A stretch of DNA of 64,000 nt, from contig KV454017.1 in NCBI GenBank assembly GCA_001661245.1, positions 651,903-715,902 of the forward strand, written 5' to 3'. Shown here piece by piece: positions 1-12,249 of this stretch. Source of the stretch: Pachysolen tannophilus NRRL Y-2460. Its lineage: Eukaryota. How positions within the stretch are numbered: position 1 is the first letter of the stretch; each line of letters starts with the position of its first letter. The position numbers and the translations under genes were made by a program. A model generated the notes under the pieces. The model worked only from the letters and a program-made list of their open reading frames with translations. It ran no database searches and was not told the origin of the DNA.

Positions 1-175
1 TTTTTTTTTTTACATATATTTTTTATTATTATAGAATTAATATACAAAAACAAAACCACAAAAAGACAAAAAAAAAGAAAAGAAAATCATAACTTTTATG
101 TATATCCATGTATTTAGTGTATGTTAGCTCGTCAATAATACCTTAATCAATTTTGACTAAACAACCCCTTAAGTT

Positions 176-340
176 CCTGCCTGCCTACCTGCCTTCCTGC
201 AATTGAAAAAAATCGTTATCTAATAAATATATTATAATATGTACTCAAAGCGATAATGATAAGATTACTTCTACTATTAGGGTTGTTAGCCCTATGATAG
301 GAAAAAAAAATAAATAAACATATTTACAAATAAAGTCACA
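176..340 (+). promoter_or_regulatory. RPL35 promoter elements: IFHL-like CCTGC/CTGCCTA repeats, Tbf1-like near-palindrome, Homol-D-like box
   Basis: cctgcctgcctacctgccttcctgc 176-200; TTAGGG-N7-CCCTAT 277-295; AAGTCACA 333-340. Confidence 0.55.
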
Positions 341-634
341 TATTGGCACGAAATATTGCCTATTTTAATAATTGTATTTTTTTACAAATATATGGTACAA
401 ATATATGGCAGATTTTAGGTAGAAAATTGGCAGATAGTTTGTAATTGTGCAAACGACTTTTTTGTTTTGTTTAATTTTTTTTTTTTTTTTTTTTTTTTTT
501 CACTTTTCACTTTTCACCACCTTTTCTCTTGGGAAAATTTTTTTTTTTTTTTTTTTAGTGTTGTTATTCAATATTAAATTATATTTTCAAGTTCTTAAGT
601 TTATAAAGTTAAATCAACTAGGAATATTTGAAAA

Positions 635-1497
635 ATGGTATGTAGTCGTTCAGATCATAATGTTTTGTCGATAGTCATTAATAGAAATGGAAGAAGTAGG
701 AATGGTGATGTATTGGAAAGTTTGTTTGAAAGATATTGTGAATTCAAGAATTATAATACCATGATGAATAAAGATGTGGAATATTTGTTCATCAGTCAAC
801 AAATTTTAAATACTTTTTCTTTACTTTTTTTCAATCAAGATGTTTTCCCATGTTTATACTTATCATTGTTGAAGTTTGAAAATGTTGAAATTGGAAGATC
901 TTTTTTTATATCTTGAACATATCATTATTTCTTAATGAATAGCATAACAATAGCAATAAATCATAAAAATGAATTAAAAAAAATTTTTTTCAAAAGCTTT
1001 TAGAAAGATTACAAAACAAAACTAGTTTCTTGGTATAATCTGTGCAAATGACTTCGATTTATATTTATTATTATTGTTTTTTTTCAAAAATTAATACTAA
1101 CGTTAATCATTTTCTTTTTTTTTCTTTTCCAATATAGGCCGCAGTTAAAGCTTACGAACTCCGTACTAAATCTAAAGCTCAACTTGAAGAACAACTTGTT
1201 GACTTGAAGAAAGAATTGGCTGCTTTAAAAGTTCAAAAACTTACAAAGCCATCTTTACCAAAAATCAACACCGTCAGAAAGAACATTGCTAGAGTTTTAA
1301 CTATTATTAACTTGCAACAACGTGAAAATGTTAGAGCTTTCTACAGTGGTAAGAAATACTTGCCAAAAGATTTAAGAGCTAAGAAGACAAGAGCTATCAG
1401 AAGAAGATTGACAAAATTCGAAAGAAACCAAATCACTGAAAAACAAAGAAAGGCTCAAATCACCTTCCCACAGAGAAGATACGCTATCAAGGCTTAA
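635..1497 (+). CDS. RPL35: 60S ribosomal protein L35 (uL29), 120 aa; exons 635-637 and 1138-1497
   Basis: ATG 635-637, GTATGT donor at 638, TACTAAC 1095-1101, TAG acceptor ending 1137; spliced product [28 protein letters not shown]...[10 protein letters not shown]. Confidence 0.97.
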
Positions 1498-1772
1498 ATA
1501 AAAAATAAATTTTCTCTTTTTTTTTTGCGAATTTTCCCGTTTAAAATGTTTAAATAGTCTGTTCAGAAAATTCAGTTAAATATAGGTTTTTTATTTTTGT
1601 TTACTTCATTCACCCTTAATGTTATTTTGATTTTATTCAAGTAAATGATTGTAGATTGATAGTTGAAGATGCGTCACTTTATTAATTTCATAATATCTTC
1701 ATTCAAGAAAAACACAAACTAAAATGAATTTTTTATTTTTTTTTTTCATGAAAAATAGTAGAAATGATGAAA

Positions 1773-1814
<42 letters not shown>

Positions 1815-1843
1815 GTATATATAAAATACATAAGCTTTATTTT

Positions 1844-4800
1844 TTATACCTCTTCCATCTCTACATCGTTAGCTTCATCCAGATTCTTTTCTTGTTGTTC
1901 TTGTTGTTTTGCTTGCCTATTAGCCTGTCTTCTTTCCTTTTTGAAATTTTCAATTTTTTCCTTCAACTCATTATCATCAATAACGTCCTCTAAACGTAGC
2001 GGCATTCTATTAAATGGATCAGTAGGATCACTTAATAAATGTGCCTTAATCGTAGATCTGTCAATCGAAACATTGGAAGACGGTAATTTGACAGGATCTT
2101 CCATTAACGTATACATTAATGGATCAAGGAATTCATCAGGGACATCACCTAATTCTAATTCTTCTTCATCATCTTCTAATTTCTTATTATAAGCATTATT
2201 CGAAAATTCAATCAAGTCAGATAAGAATTTTGGTGAAGCTTCAAAAGATTTAAATTTAGACAAAATCTTGGCAGCTTTACCAAAATGTTTCGGATCAAAT
2301 GATCTTCCATCTCTTGCAACTGCTTTGATAAATTCCTCCTGAGCGGAAAGATTAACATATATCGAACATAAATTTAACAAAAGGTTCTTTGGATCAAACT
2401 CAAATTTATCTGGGTTTTTAACTTTTAAATCCCTACATTTTGGACCAACTAACGCAACTAGGTTGTAATTCAACATACCTGCTAATCTATCGACAATCTC
2501 CGGTATGACAAAACTAGATGGTGTCTCTTCTGTAAATTTTTTGAATAAATTAATAGTTTTATTACTTAATTTCACAAACGACGTTGCCTGATTTTCAGCT
2601 TGTGATAATCTTGTGTTAATTTCATCATCAGTACCTTCCATGTTTGATGGCAAACCTTGAGCTCTATTTTGAAGTTCAACTTGATAAGAATGAACCTCCG
2701 ATAACAATCTCAATGACTCATCCAATAGATATGTTGTATCATTTAACATTCGTGCGATAAATCTAACAAAAAATTTCAAATTTTTAGCTGCTTGAAGTTT
2801 TAATTGTTCACGATATAATGGACTATCCCATAATTTTTCCAAAATATAAGATATATTAAAACGAATGTTAAATTTATCGTAAAACTGAGAAGATGCTCCT
2901 GTCTTTTCACACAAGACATAAATGTCCAACAAAGAAGTAAGCATATTATCAATAACAAATTTATTTGACGTGAAAATATCAACCATATAGCCATGATTGC
3001 CATTTGTGAATTCTAACGATCCTTTAAATAAGACTTCAATCAACCTACCTTTCAAATGAGGGTTACTCAATAATTCTGGGCATCTTAAAAGGACAATAAT
3101 AAATTCAATCAAAGTATTTAAATTTGATGTAGATCTATCCATTAAAGGATTAAAATTATAATTAGTAATATAATTACAATAGTTAATTAAACCTTCAATA
3201 AACATTTCTGGAAAAAATTTGAAAGGAACAGGTGATCTTTCTCTTAAATAATCCAGATCATCCAAATATTCAACGTCAATATCGACGAATGGAATACTTA
3301 ATGGTTTAAAAGGATATTGATGATTTGGATCAATTAATCTCATGAAAAAAATGCATGAACCAATTACAAATTCAAAGATATCGTTTTGGAAATATTTATG
3401 AACAAAAAACATATTAATACCATTTTTCTTAGATTTTAAAAAATTTAGCCTTTCTTTCAATTTTGGTAATTGGAATTGGACTAACCTCTGGATTAAAGGT
3501 TGTTGAGATGTAGATCCTTGTTCCATTTTTTTGATTTCCTTATCAAGATATCTAATATCTCTTTTGATTCTATTTTCTTCCAGTGATATACCACCAATAC
3601 CATAATTCAAATAGGTTAATGCCAAATAAAAACAATCACTTATGAAATTTGTGTGATTTTCTTCCTCAATGATATCACCATTTTTAGCTGATTTTGAATA
3701 AAAATCTTCAGCTTCTTGAATCGTTGAATTTAACCTTGTTTCTTCTTTAAAATCTAAAATTGTATTTGTCTTTACATAATTAATATCGATTTTATCAATT
3801 TTTTTATGGGAAGGATCAATTAAGAAAGGTTGACATAATTTTATTAAAATCATTGAAATATTTGACATGAATGAATGAGAAGACAATTCTTTTAAATCTG
3901 CGTGTTCACCAGTTCTTAAATGATTTTTATTAACAACATAAGCGAAAAATTTCAATAATTCTGTTCTTGTCTTTTCTGATGATCTAACCAATTTGTCTGT
4001 AATATAAAATAATCTATCAACGTATAATTTATGTACTGTTTGTAATGATTCATGTGTTTGAATAATTTGTTGTTTTGTTTGATTTGGATTATAATTATAC
4101 AGACAAATTGAATCCAAGAGTGGAGAAACTCTATAGAAAGGACCTAATAATGTATGTTCCTCTAAATCACTAGCTCTATCAATATCCAAATAATCGTACC
4201 AACCATCAACTTCGGTGATCATTGCAGCTGTTTGTTTATCACTAATTAAAATTTGGAAAACATTGAAAACCTTAATATGTGTTTGTTCTGAAATATTTAT
4301 ATCTGTATTATTAAGTTTATCTGATAAATATGGAATCAAAATATTTAAAAATTCTAATAAAGAATCATTTTCTCTTGCTCTTTTAACAATTTGAACAAGA
4401 AAATCATTTAAATCATTAATATGATCAATAAGAACATTTATAGTATCTGCCAACTCTGTATTATTTATAAACATATCTGGAATCTGGAAACAAATGAATC
4501 CATAACTAGAAGTTAACCTTGTAGCTTCATCTAATAATTCTAATTTTTCATTTATTAATGGATCAGTAGCTTTAACAAATCTTTTTGCTTGCATTGCTCT
4601 TAACCAACAGTTTTTCAAATATGTTAATGGAAGATTATCTAACAGATTACCACAATTTAAACCTTTTTCAGTAAGTAATTCCATAAGTACTCTATCAATA
4701 TTTGATTTATTTAACAATACATTATCATTACCCAGTTCTTCCACCAATTCTTCAAATGTGGATTGCATAAAAATAAAATTTCCATTTTTATGATCTGGAT

Positions 4801-5175
4801 TTAAAGTAAGTTCCAATACAAATTCCAAAGTATTATTTGACCATATTGCCAATTGCTCTTGTTTTGAAATTCCAGACGACAATGGGGTAGTTGCCGATGG
4901 TGCGGGCAGTGCCGCCGTTGGTGTATATGCCGTTGCAGAGCCATCTGAAGTAGATCCAGATTTAGTTGATGCAGTGATAGATGTCAGTTTGGATAATGGC
5001 GCTTGTTTCTGGGGGCGGGATGAAATGCTGGATGATGGGTGAGTATCTTTATCAACAGCAGCTGGTGCTGTTGTTGATAAATTGAGTGCAGAAGTCGATG
5101 GCGATTTACCGCTATTGTTCTTATTATTATTATCATTACTATTATTACTATTATTACTATTATTACTATTATTAC

Positions 5176-5218
<43 letters not shown>

Positions 5219-5284
5219 TGTGTGTGAAGCAGCAGCAGATAATTTCGCCAATCGCTTTGCCCTTACCTGATCTGGAGTTTCCAT
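1844..5284 (-). CDS. UFD2: U-box E4 ubiquitin ligase Ufd2
   Basis: N-terminal QVRAKRLAKL, NPHLKGRLIEVLF, SSQFYDKFNIRF, C-terminal U-box VPDEFLDPLMYTLMEDPV...DPTDPFNRMPL. Confidence 0.97.
5122..5218. repeat. (TTA/CTA)n trinucleotide microsatellite encoding the poly-Asn/Ser tract of Ufd2
   Basis: Seen directly in the sequence. Confidence 0.9.
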
Positions 5285-5928
5285 CTTATATTTATATTGA
5301 TATTTTATATTTATATTTATATTTATATTTATACTTGTATAAATATAAAATGTAACAAGATAAAAGAAGTGTTGTCAAATTTCTATACAGATAATCTAAC
5401 GGCGCTTAATTCAAAAAAGAAAAAACAAAAAAAAAACAAAAAAAAAAAAAAAAGAGAATTATTGAGGTCGTTCGGAATCAACACAAAAGTACCAAAAAGG
5501 TAAGTTACGTCAGAGTTTATACTGTATGTTTTATTAACTTTATTAATTCTATTAATTATATTTAATTTTATTTAATTGTATTAAAAATTTTGCGTACCAC
5601 ATATTTTGATAATGCACAGTTGTGTACCGCAAACAAAAAGATAAAGGAAATTTGAAAAATTAAAGAAATAAAAAGAGCTCAATTAGTCGTGCACCGTGAA
5701 ACTAATCAATGACGTTTTTGGTAACTCTCTTTATTTCCGGAATTCTTTCAGTTTTGATTGGGGAGAGCTCGAAATAGAATAGCGCACGTAAAAAAAAGTA
5801 AAAAAAAAAACATAAGACGATTCGAATTAATATTATTAGTTTATGTCTAACTAAACTATATATTGAAAAATCAAAAATAGAAAAAAAGTAAGAAAGAAAG
5901 AAAAAAAAAGTTTAAAAGTCATAATATC

Positions 5929-7864
5929 ATGGTATGTTTGAAACTTGTTTTTGAAAGATTTGTACTTTTGAATGAATGGATGAATGGTATATAAGGAAAT
6001 GAATTTTTAATCATAAGCCGAGGAATGCCTATTTGTCCACTATTCACAATTACTATTATATATTTCAAATTATTATTTTAATTCCGACATTGAATAATAT
6101 ATATATATATACTAACAGAATTTTTCGTTGTTTTTTCAACTTTTTCAATTTTTTTTTTATATATATGATTAGACTACCTCGGAAGAGACACTTCAACTGA
6201 AAGGTGAACCCGACACTGGTTTGGAAGGTGAACATTATGAAGAACATAAAGAAATTATGAATGAAGAAGAAAGGTTAATGGAATATTGTGAGAAATACGA
6301 AATTACTCCGATATTATATCGAGCATTGTTTAATGGTAATCCTAAAGATAGATATTTTATCTTGAGATTAGAAAGAGATTTACATGATTTCATACTATCG
6401 ATTAACAATGAATCTTGGAGATTACAACCTTTAAATTCTTATTATCGATTATTAGTCCATCAAATTGCAGCTTATTACAAAATGGGACATATTTTGTTAA
6501 AAGATGGAGCTTCAATGGTAATATTTAAAAATAATACAAGTATTGTTAATGGAAATATTGTTGATTCACAGGGGAATTCTATTGATCATAGACTGAAATT
6601 AAACAAGTTAAGGTTAATGGATATTCCAAATGAATTATATGTTGATGTTGAAGTTAGTAACGATATCAGTGATGAATTTTTGATAAAAAATAACTTATAT
6701 AGTAGTCCTGTTAATAATTCCTCGGTGTTGAATGGAAGAGGCAGTGGTAAAGTAAGAAATGGGAATCATAATTATAATTCTGCAGACCCTAATAAGCCTT
6801 TTAGAATAATTAAAAGGAAAAATGATGATTCTACTCAAAATAATCATAATTCTCAAATTGAAGATGGTTATGATTATAATGAAAATGAACAAGATAAACA
6901 TTTCAATGTTGTTGACAATGAAAATGGTAATGATAATGACAATGGATCACTGTTAGCATCTTTAGAAGATGAAAGATTGTCAAAAGAAGAATTATATAAT
7001 AGGACAAGAGAAAAAATTTTCCAAAATAATGGTGAAGAAGTTGAAGATGAAGAATACGAACAACAAGAACAAGATGTTGATGTGGAACATCAAGAAGCGG
7101 GAACTGCGGATGAAGTACAAGAGATAAGCGAAGCTGAAATCGGGAATACAGAAGGTAGGGATGATGGGGCTGAGCCAGCAAAACATCGCGGTAACTATTA
7201 TCACCATAATCATAACAATAGATATACCAAGAGTAATTTCCATAAGAAACAACCCTTCCGTCCGTTTAACTACTATCCAACTACGCCATATTCTGTTCAA
7301 ACGCCAAATGGATATTATCCACCTTACGGCTATTATATTCCTCAACAAATGCAGCCTCCTGTTCCACCATCCGAGTTCACTAGTGAAGATGACTCGGTGG
7401 ATAGTATCAGTAGTAGCAGTAATAGCATCAATAATGTCACGAGTGCTAATACACCAGATCCTCCTTCAATTACTTCTGGGCCATTAGATCCACTTATGGC
7501 TTCGCCACCTGCTTCATCTCCAGCAATGCCATTTCTTCCTATTGCTGCGGGTGGGTATCCCTTTTATCTGCCAGGTACTGGTGCCCCTGCATATTATTTT
7601 CCTATGCCGCAGCAGCAGATGCCACCTTTTGTTGGTAATAATAGAAGAGGTGGTTTCAATAATGGTTATAGAAGAGGTAATTCATACGGTTATAGAAGAA
7701 ATAATGGTGGTTATAATAACAATAATGTCAGACTTGGAAATGGTTACAGAAACAATTATAACCATCACCAGCTGCAGCAGCTGCAGCTGCTGCATTATAA
7801 CAATGGCTATAATTATCAACAACAGCAACAATTTGAGGATTTTGCTTCAAATGATGGGCAATAA
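5929..7864 (+). CDS. RBS1: R3H-domain RNA-binding protein Rbs1, about 564 aa; exons 5929-5931 and 6173-7864
   Basis: R3H motif QPLNSYYRLLVHQIAAYY, SUZ-like KEELYNRTREKIF, prion-like N/Q/Y tail; ATG|GTATGT at 5929-5937, TACTAAC 6110-6116, TAG ending 6172, exon 2 in frame with ORF 6221; neighbour of UFD2 as in S. cerevisiae. Confidence 0.88.
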
Positions 7865-8156
7865 GAGGTATTACATTAATGATATTACGAAACAAAAGGA
7901 CTTCTCTTTGCAACAACAAATGATGCATATTCTGAAAAAAAAAAAGGAAAATAGATTCAAAAAATTTTTTAGAAAGATAAAATAAAATAAAAATCAAAAG
8001 TAAATTAAAAAAAAAAAAAAAAAATGAAAATGAAAATAAAAATAAAAATGAAAATAGAAATATTAAAGAAATGGAAAATGGAACAAAAATCTTATAAAAT
8101 TGTCTTGTTAATAATACTAATAAAATGGTAATTTTGTAACTTTTTATTTTATTTTT

Positions 8157-8209
<53 letters not shown>

Positions 8210-8629
8210 NNNNNNNNNNNNNNNNNNNNNNNNNNNNNNNNNNNNNNNNNNNNNNNNNNNNNNNNNNNNNNNNNNNNNNNNNNNNNNNNNNNNNNNNNNN
8301 NNNNNNNNNNNNNNNNNNNNNNNNNNNNNNNNNNNNNNNNNNNNNNNNNNNNNNNNNNNNNNNNNNNNNNNNNNNNNNNNNNNNNNNNNNNNNNNNNNNN
8401 NNNNNNNNNNNNNNNNNNNNNNNNNNNNNNNNNNNNNNNNNNNNNNNNNNNNNNNNNNNNNNNNNNNNNNNNNNNNNNNNNNNNNNNNNNNNNNNNNNNN
8501 NNNNNNNNNNNNNNNNNNNNNNNNNNNNNNNNNNNNNNNNNNNNNNNNNNNNNNNNNNNNNNNNNNNNNNNNNNNNNNNNNNNNNNNNNNNNNNNNNNNN
8601 NNNNNNNNNNNNNNNNNNNNNNNNNNNNN
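8210..8629. other. Assembly gap (N run)
   Basis: N run after a long poly-T. Confidence 1.
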
Positions 8630-8762
8630 AAACTATTTTATATCACAAAATGAACAAGAAAAAGATAATAATAAGCTATTTAAAAAAGTCTAATAATAAA
8701 AGATCAAAAAAAAAAAAAAAAAAAAAAAAAAAACTAGACAAAACTTATTTACAACAACCACA

Positions 8763-9365
8763 TCACTGTTTGGTAATTTGGAAAGACCAAGGTAATACTA
8801 AATGGACATTCATATCATCATCCACGAATTTTGAAACGGCACTATATGAACCTCTAGCTAACATTCCTGAAGGTGCTTCATTTTCTGGAAATGTTATTTC
8901 ATAATAAGGTTTATCAACTGTATTTGGAGCATATGAACCACAAGGTTCTTCTAATTTATCAACTCTAATTCCTGATTTTTTCACGCCTTGTAAATATTTC
9001 AAGCCAGTAACTATTTCATGTTGAATTTTAAATTTTATTCTTAATGAATAAATTGATTTTTCTTTTATATTAAAAGAAATTTTTTTATCCTTTAAAGATA
9101 ATTCAGATTCTTTCTCTAAACTTATTATAATTGGATCTCTATTTTCCACCAATAATGCCATCTCCAATATTACCACTTTACGTTTATCATTCGGAGATAC
9201 TGGCAATAAATTTGATGTTGAAGATAACCCTAAAGAAGCTTTCCATTTTGCTAATGATTCATCTTCAGCGTCTAATTTAGTATACTCTTCTATAGTTTTT
9301 TTTTCACCAACTTTAAAGCCCGGAATTTGTTCCGGAAGTAAATCATCCATTTCTTTAGTTGACAT
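8763..9365 (-). CDS. RDI1: Rho GDP-dissociation inhibitor
   Basis: GFKVGEKKTIEEYTKLDAEDESLAKWKASLG, EAPSGMLARGSY; first ATG at 9365. Confidence 0.96.
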   Translation of the reverse strand: MSTKEMDDLLPEQIPGFKVGEKKTIEEYTKLDAEDESLAKWKASLGLSSTSNLLPVSPNDKRKVVILEMALLVENRDPIIISLEKESELSLKDKKISFNIKEKSIYSLRIKFKIQHEIVTGLKYLQGVKKSGIRVDKLEEPCGSYAPNTVDKPYYEITFPENEAPSGMLARGSYSAVSKFVDDDMNVHLVLPWSFQITKQ

Positions 9366-10130
9366 TGTCACTCTTAAGAGATAAAGATTCTCAAATATAT
9401 TAGATATATATATATATATATATCTAATATATATCTATATATTTAATTTTATAAAAATCTATATATTTATATATATATTATATATATAATTAACAAGATT
9501 TTTAGTTTCATATTTAAACTTATAACCCCTTCTTTCCAGCAGAAATCAGTTAAAAATATTTTTAAAAAAATCGGTTTTTGTTTACAAAAACAAATATTCG
9601 ACCGTATCTGCACTACTGCTGTCTTAAGGCGGGAAGCGGATTTAAGGCGGACAAAAACTATAATCTTTATTAAAACACCATAAGATAAATTGATTTAATT
9701 AGTACTTGTTGTCCAAATCCTAATTTTTTTTTTTTTTTGATATCTTAGCTTGGACCTAACAATTACATAAACTACTAGTTTGACTAGCTTACCCTTAATT
9801 GCACTATTTTTTGTTTTTGTTTTATGTTTTTTTTTTTAGTGAACATACTACTAATTCTAGTAATAGTAGAGTTTTTAGTGCAGTGAAGGCAAAAACCGCT
9901 AAGAACCGATATATTATAGCAGCATATCACAATAGGAAAATAAAACCGTTTATAATAAAAAAAAAAGAAAAAAACTTAACACCTCACACCACTTCTAGGA
10001 TTGGGAATCAATTAATTAAATGTAATATTACACACGACCTTTAACAAACATACGTTGTTTGGTTGATCTCACACTACATTCTTTTAATTGTAATACCAGT
10101 TTTTCAGATCAGATAAGTTTCCGTAGTGTA

Positions 10131-10201
10131 CGTGTCAGTAGTGTCAGTAGTGTGTGCTCTGTGTGGTGGGTGTGCTCTGTGTTATTGGGTGTGCTCTGTG
10201 T
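10131..10201. repeat. Short direct-repeat array in the RDI1/POR1 divergent promoter
   Basis: GTGTCAGTA x2, then GTGTGCTCTGTGT x3 at 10152, 10170 and 10189. Confidence 0.75.
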
Positions 10202-10706
10202 GATCTGTGGTTGGTTAGATCTGTCAAATTTCTCTGCTCTTTTTTGTTTTTTCTTTTGTTTTTCTTTTGTTTTTCTTCACGGAAAAAACCACAACAGTGA
10301 CTGGTTGACTGACACGTGAACACGGACAATTTAAATGTTGGGTTATATATTATATTTACAAATTAATTTTTAATTATTGGTTTAGTATTATAATTCCTAA
10401 TTTTTAAATTATAATTATAATTACAATTACAATTAAATCAATTACATTAGTAGTAAGTAGTATTATTGAGTCAACAGCGCTTAATTCAATTGAGACATAT
10501 ATATATATATAAAATTAATAATAAACTAATAAACTAACAAATTTTCCATTTTCCATTTTCCATTTCTTTGGATTTAAAAAAAAAAAAAAATAATTAGTTT
10601 TGAATTGTTTTTGAAATAATATTTAAATTTACCGCCCCTCAACAAAACAATAACATTTATATAAATATAAATTTATATTAAAAAAAAAAAAGAAGAAATT
10701 ATAAAA

Positions 10707-11558
10707 ATGGCTCCTCCTGCTTTCTCTGATATTTCAAAGAGCGCTAACAACGTTTTAAACAAGGAATTCTACCACCAAACCCCAGTTTCCTTGGAATTCA
10801 AGTCAGTTGCACCAAATGGTGTTGCTTTTACCACTAATGGTAAAGTTAGCGGCGGTAAGACTTCTGGTAACTTGGAAGGTACTTTTACCGATAAGGCCAC
10901 TGGTTTAACTTTAACCCAAGGTTGGAACACTGCCAATTCATTGGATACCAAGATTGCCTTGGCTGATGCTTTATCACCAGGTTTAAAATCAGAATTGGTT
11001 ACTTCAATTGTTCCAGGTGGTAACAGATCTGCAAAATTAAACTTGTATTTCACTCAACCTTCAGTAACTGCTAGAGCTTTTGTTGATTTATTAAAAGGTC
11101 CAATTTTTAACGGTGATTTTACCGTTGGTCATGAAGGTTTTACCACCGGTGGTGAAATTTCTTATGATGTTAAGTCTGCGCTTTTAACAAAGTATTCTGC
11201 TGCAATTGGTTATTCAGCTCCAGTTTATACTGTTTCCTTAACTGCTGCAAACAATTTACAATTGTTCTCAGCAGCTTACTACCATAAAGTCTCACCATTA
11301 GTTGAAGTTGGAGGTAAGGCTACTTATGATTCAAAAAATACTGGTGCTAACCCAGTTTCTGTTGAATTGGCTTCTAAATACCATTTAGATTCAACTGCAT
11401 TTGTTAAGGCTAAAATCGCTGATTCTGGTATTGCCTCATTAGCTTACTCACAAGTCTTAAGACCAGGTGTTACCTTAGGTTTAGGTGCTGCTGTTGACAC
11501 TTTAAAATTAGGTGAATCAGCTCACAAATTAGGTTTATCATTAGCCTTCTCTGCTTAA
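10707..11558 (+). CDS. POR1: Mitochondrial outer-membrane porin (VDAC), 283 aa
   Basis: MAPPAFSDISKSANNVLNKEFYH...LRPGVTLGLG...HKLGLSLAFSA; strongly biased codons. Confidence 0.97.
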   Translation: MAPPAFSDISKSANNVLNKEFYHQTPVSLEFKSVAPNGVAFTTNGKVSGGKTSGNLEGTFTDKATGLTLTQGWNTANSLDTKIALADALSPGLKSELVTSIVPGGNRSAKLNLYFTQPSVTARAFVDLLKGPIFNGDFTVGHEGFTTGGEISYDVKSALLTKYSAAIGYSAPVYTVSLTAANNLQLFSAAYYHKVSPLVEVGGKATYDSKNTGANPVSVELASKYHLDSTAFVKAKIADSGIASLAYSQVLRPGVTLGLGAAVDTLKLGESAHKLGLSLAFSA

Positions 11559-12249
11559 GTTGAATGAAAGAAAAAAATATATTCAATTTTTTTTTTTTTT
11601 ACTTTTTTTGGCTTATTCGAACTCGAGTAATTTACTTTTAAATATATATTATTTTTTTTTTTTTTTTTTTTTTTTTTAGAAATCTTTGAACATGGCCATA
11701 ATAATAACTTGAAAAGGCAAATATAAGTAATTATATGATCTAATATAAAGTAAGGTATGATATAACATCTATATTTTTTTTTATATACAATAATATATTT
11801 ACCTATTCTAAGAAAACAATTTTAGTTCGATGAGGTCCTAGACCCTTGGGTTCTAAACTCTCAGGCTCTAGAATCTTAAAGCTCAAATCCGATCAATTAG
11901 GCTTTATTGTGTATTCACGCACTACCAGTCCACCGACTAGATCCATATTTTGTGGTATTAAATAATATGCAAGATTGGTGGAAAGAGAAGAGAAAGCGCT
12001 CCCGATACCGCAGCGGCCTTTTATACCGGAACTTTGAGTGAAAAATTTAGGTAGAAATAAACCAAAGTAAAATGATGATGATGATTCATAATTATATAAG
12101 TTAATATTCTCTTTTTCATTTTTTTTACTAAAATATATTTTTTTTTTTCTTTTGATTTATCTTTTCATTTTCCAATCTTGTTTTATTCTGTTTTGATTTT
12201 GATTTTGACTCAATTCAGTTTAATTTAATAGTATCTTGAAATTAGTATA

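Noticed and set aside
635..916. 93-aa ORF from the RPL35 ATG; C-box-like ATGATGA at 761 suggesting an intronic snoRNA
   Set aside because: The ORF is readthrough into the intron, and I found no matching CTGA D box
5082..5355. Poly-Leu and poly-Tyr ORFs
   Set aside because: Antisense frames of the UFD2 (AAT)n microsatellite
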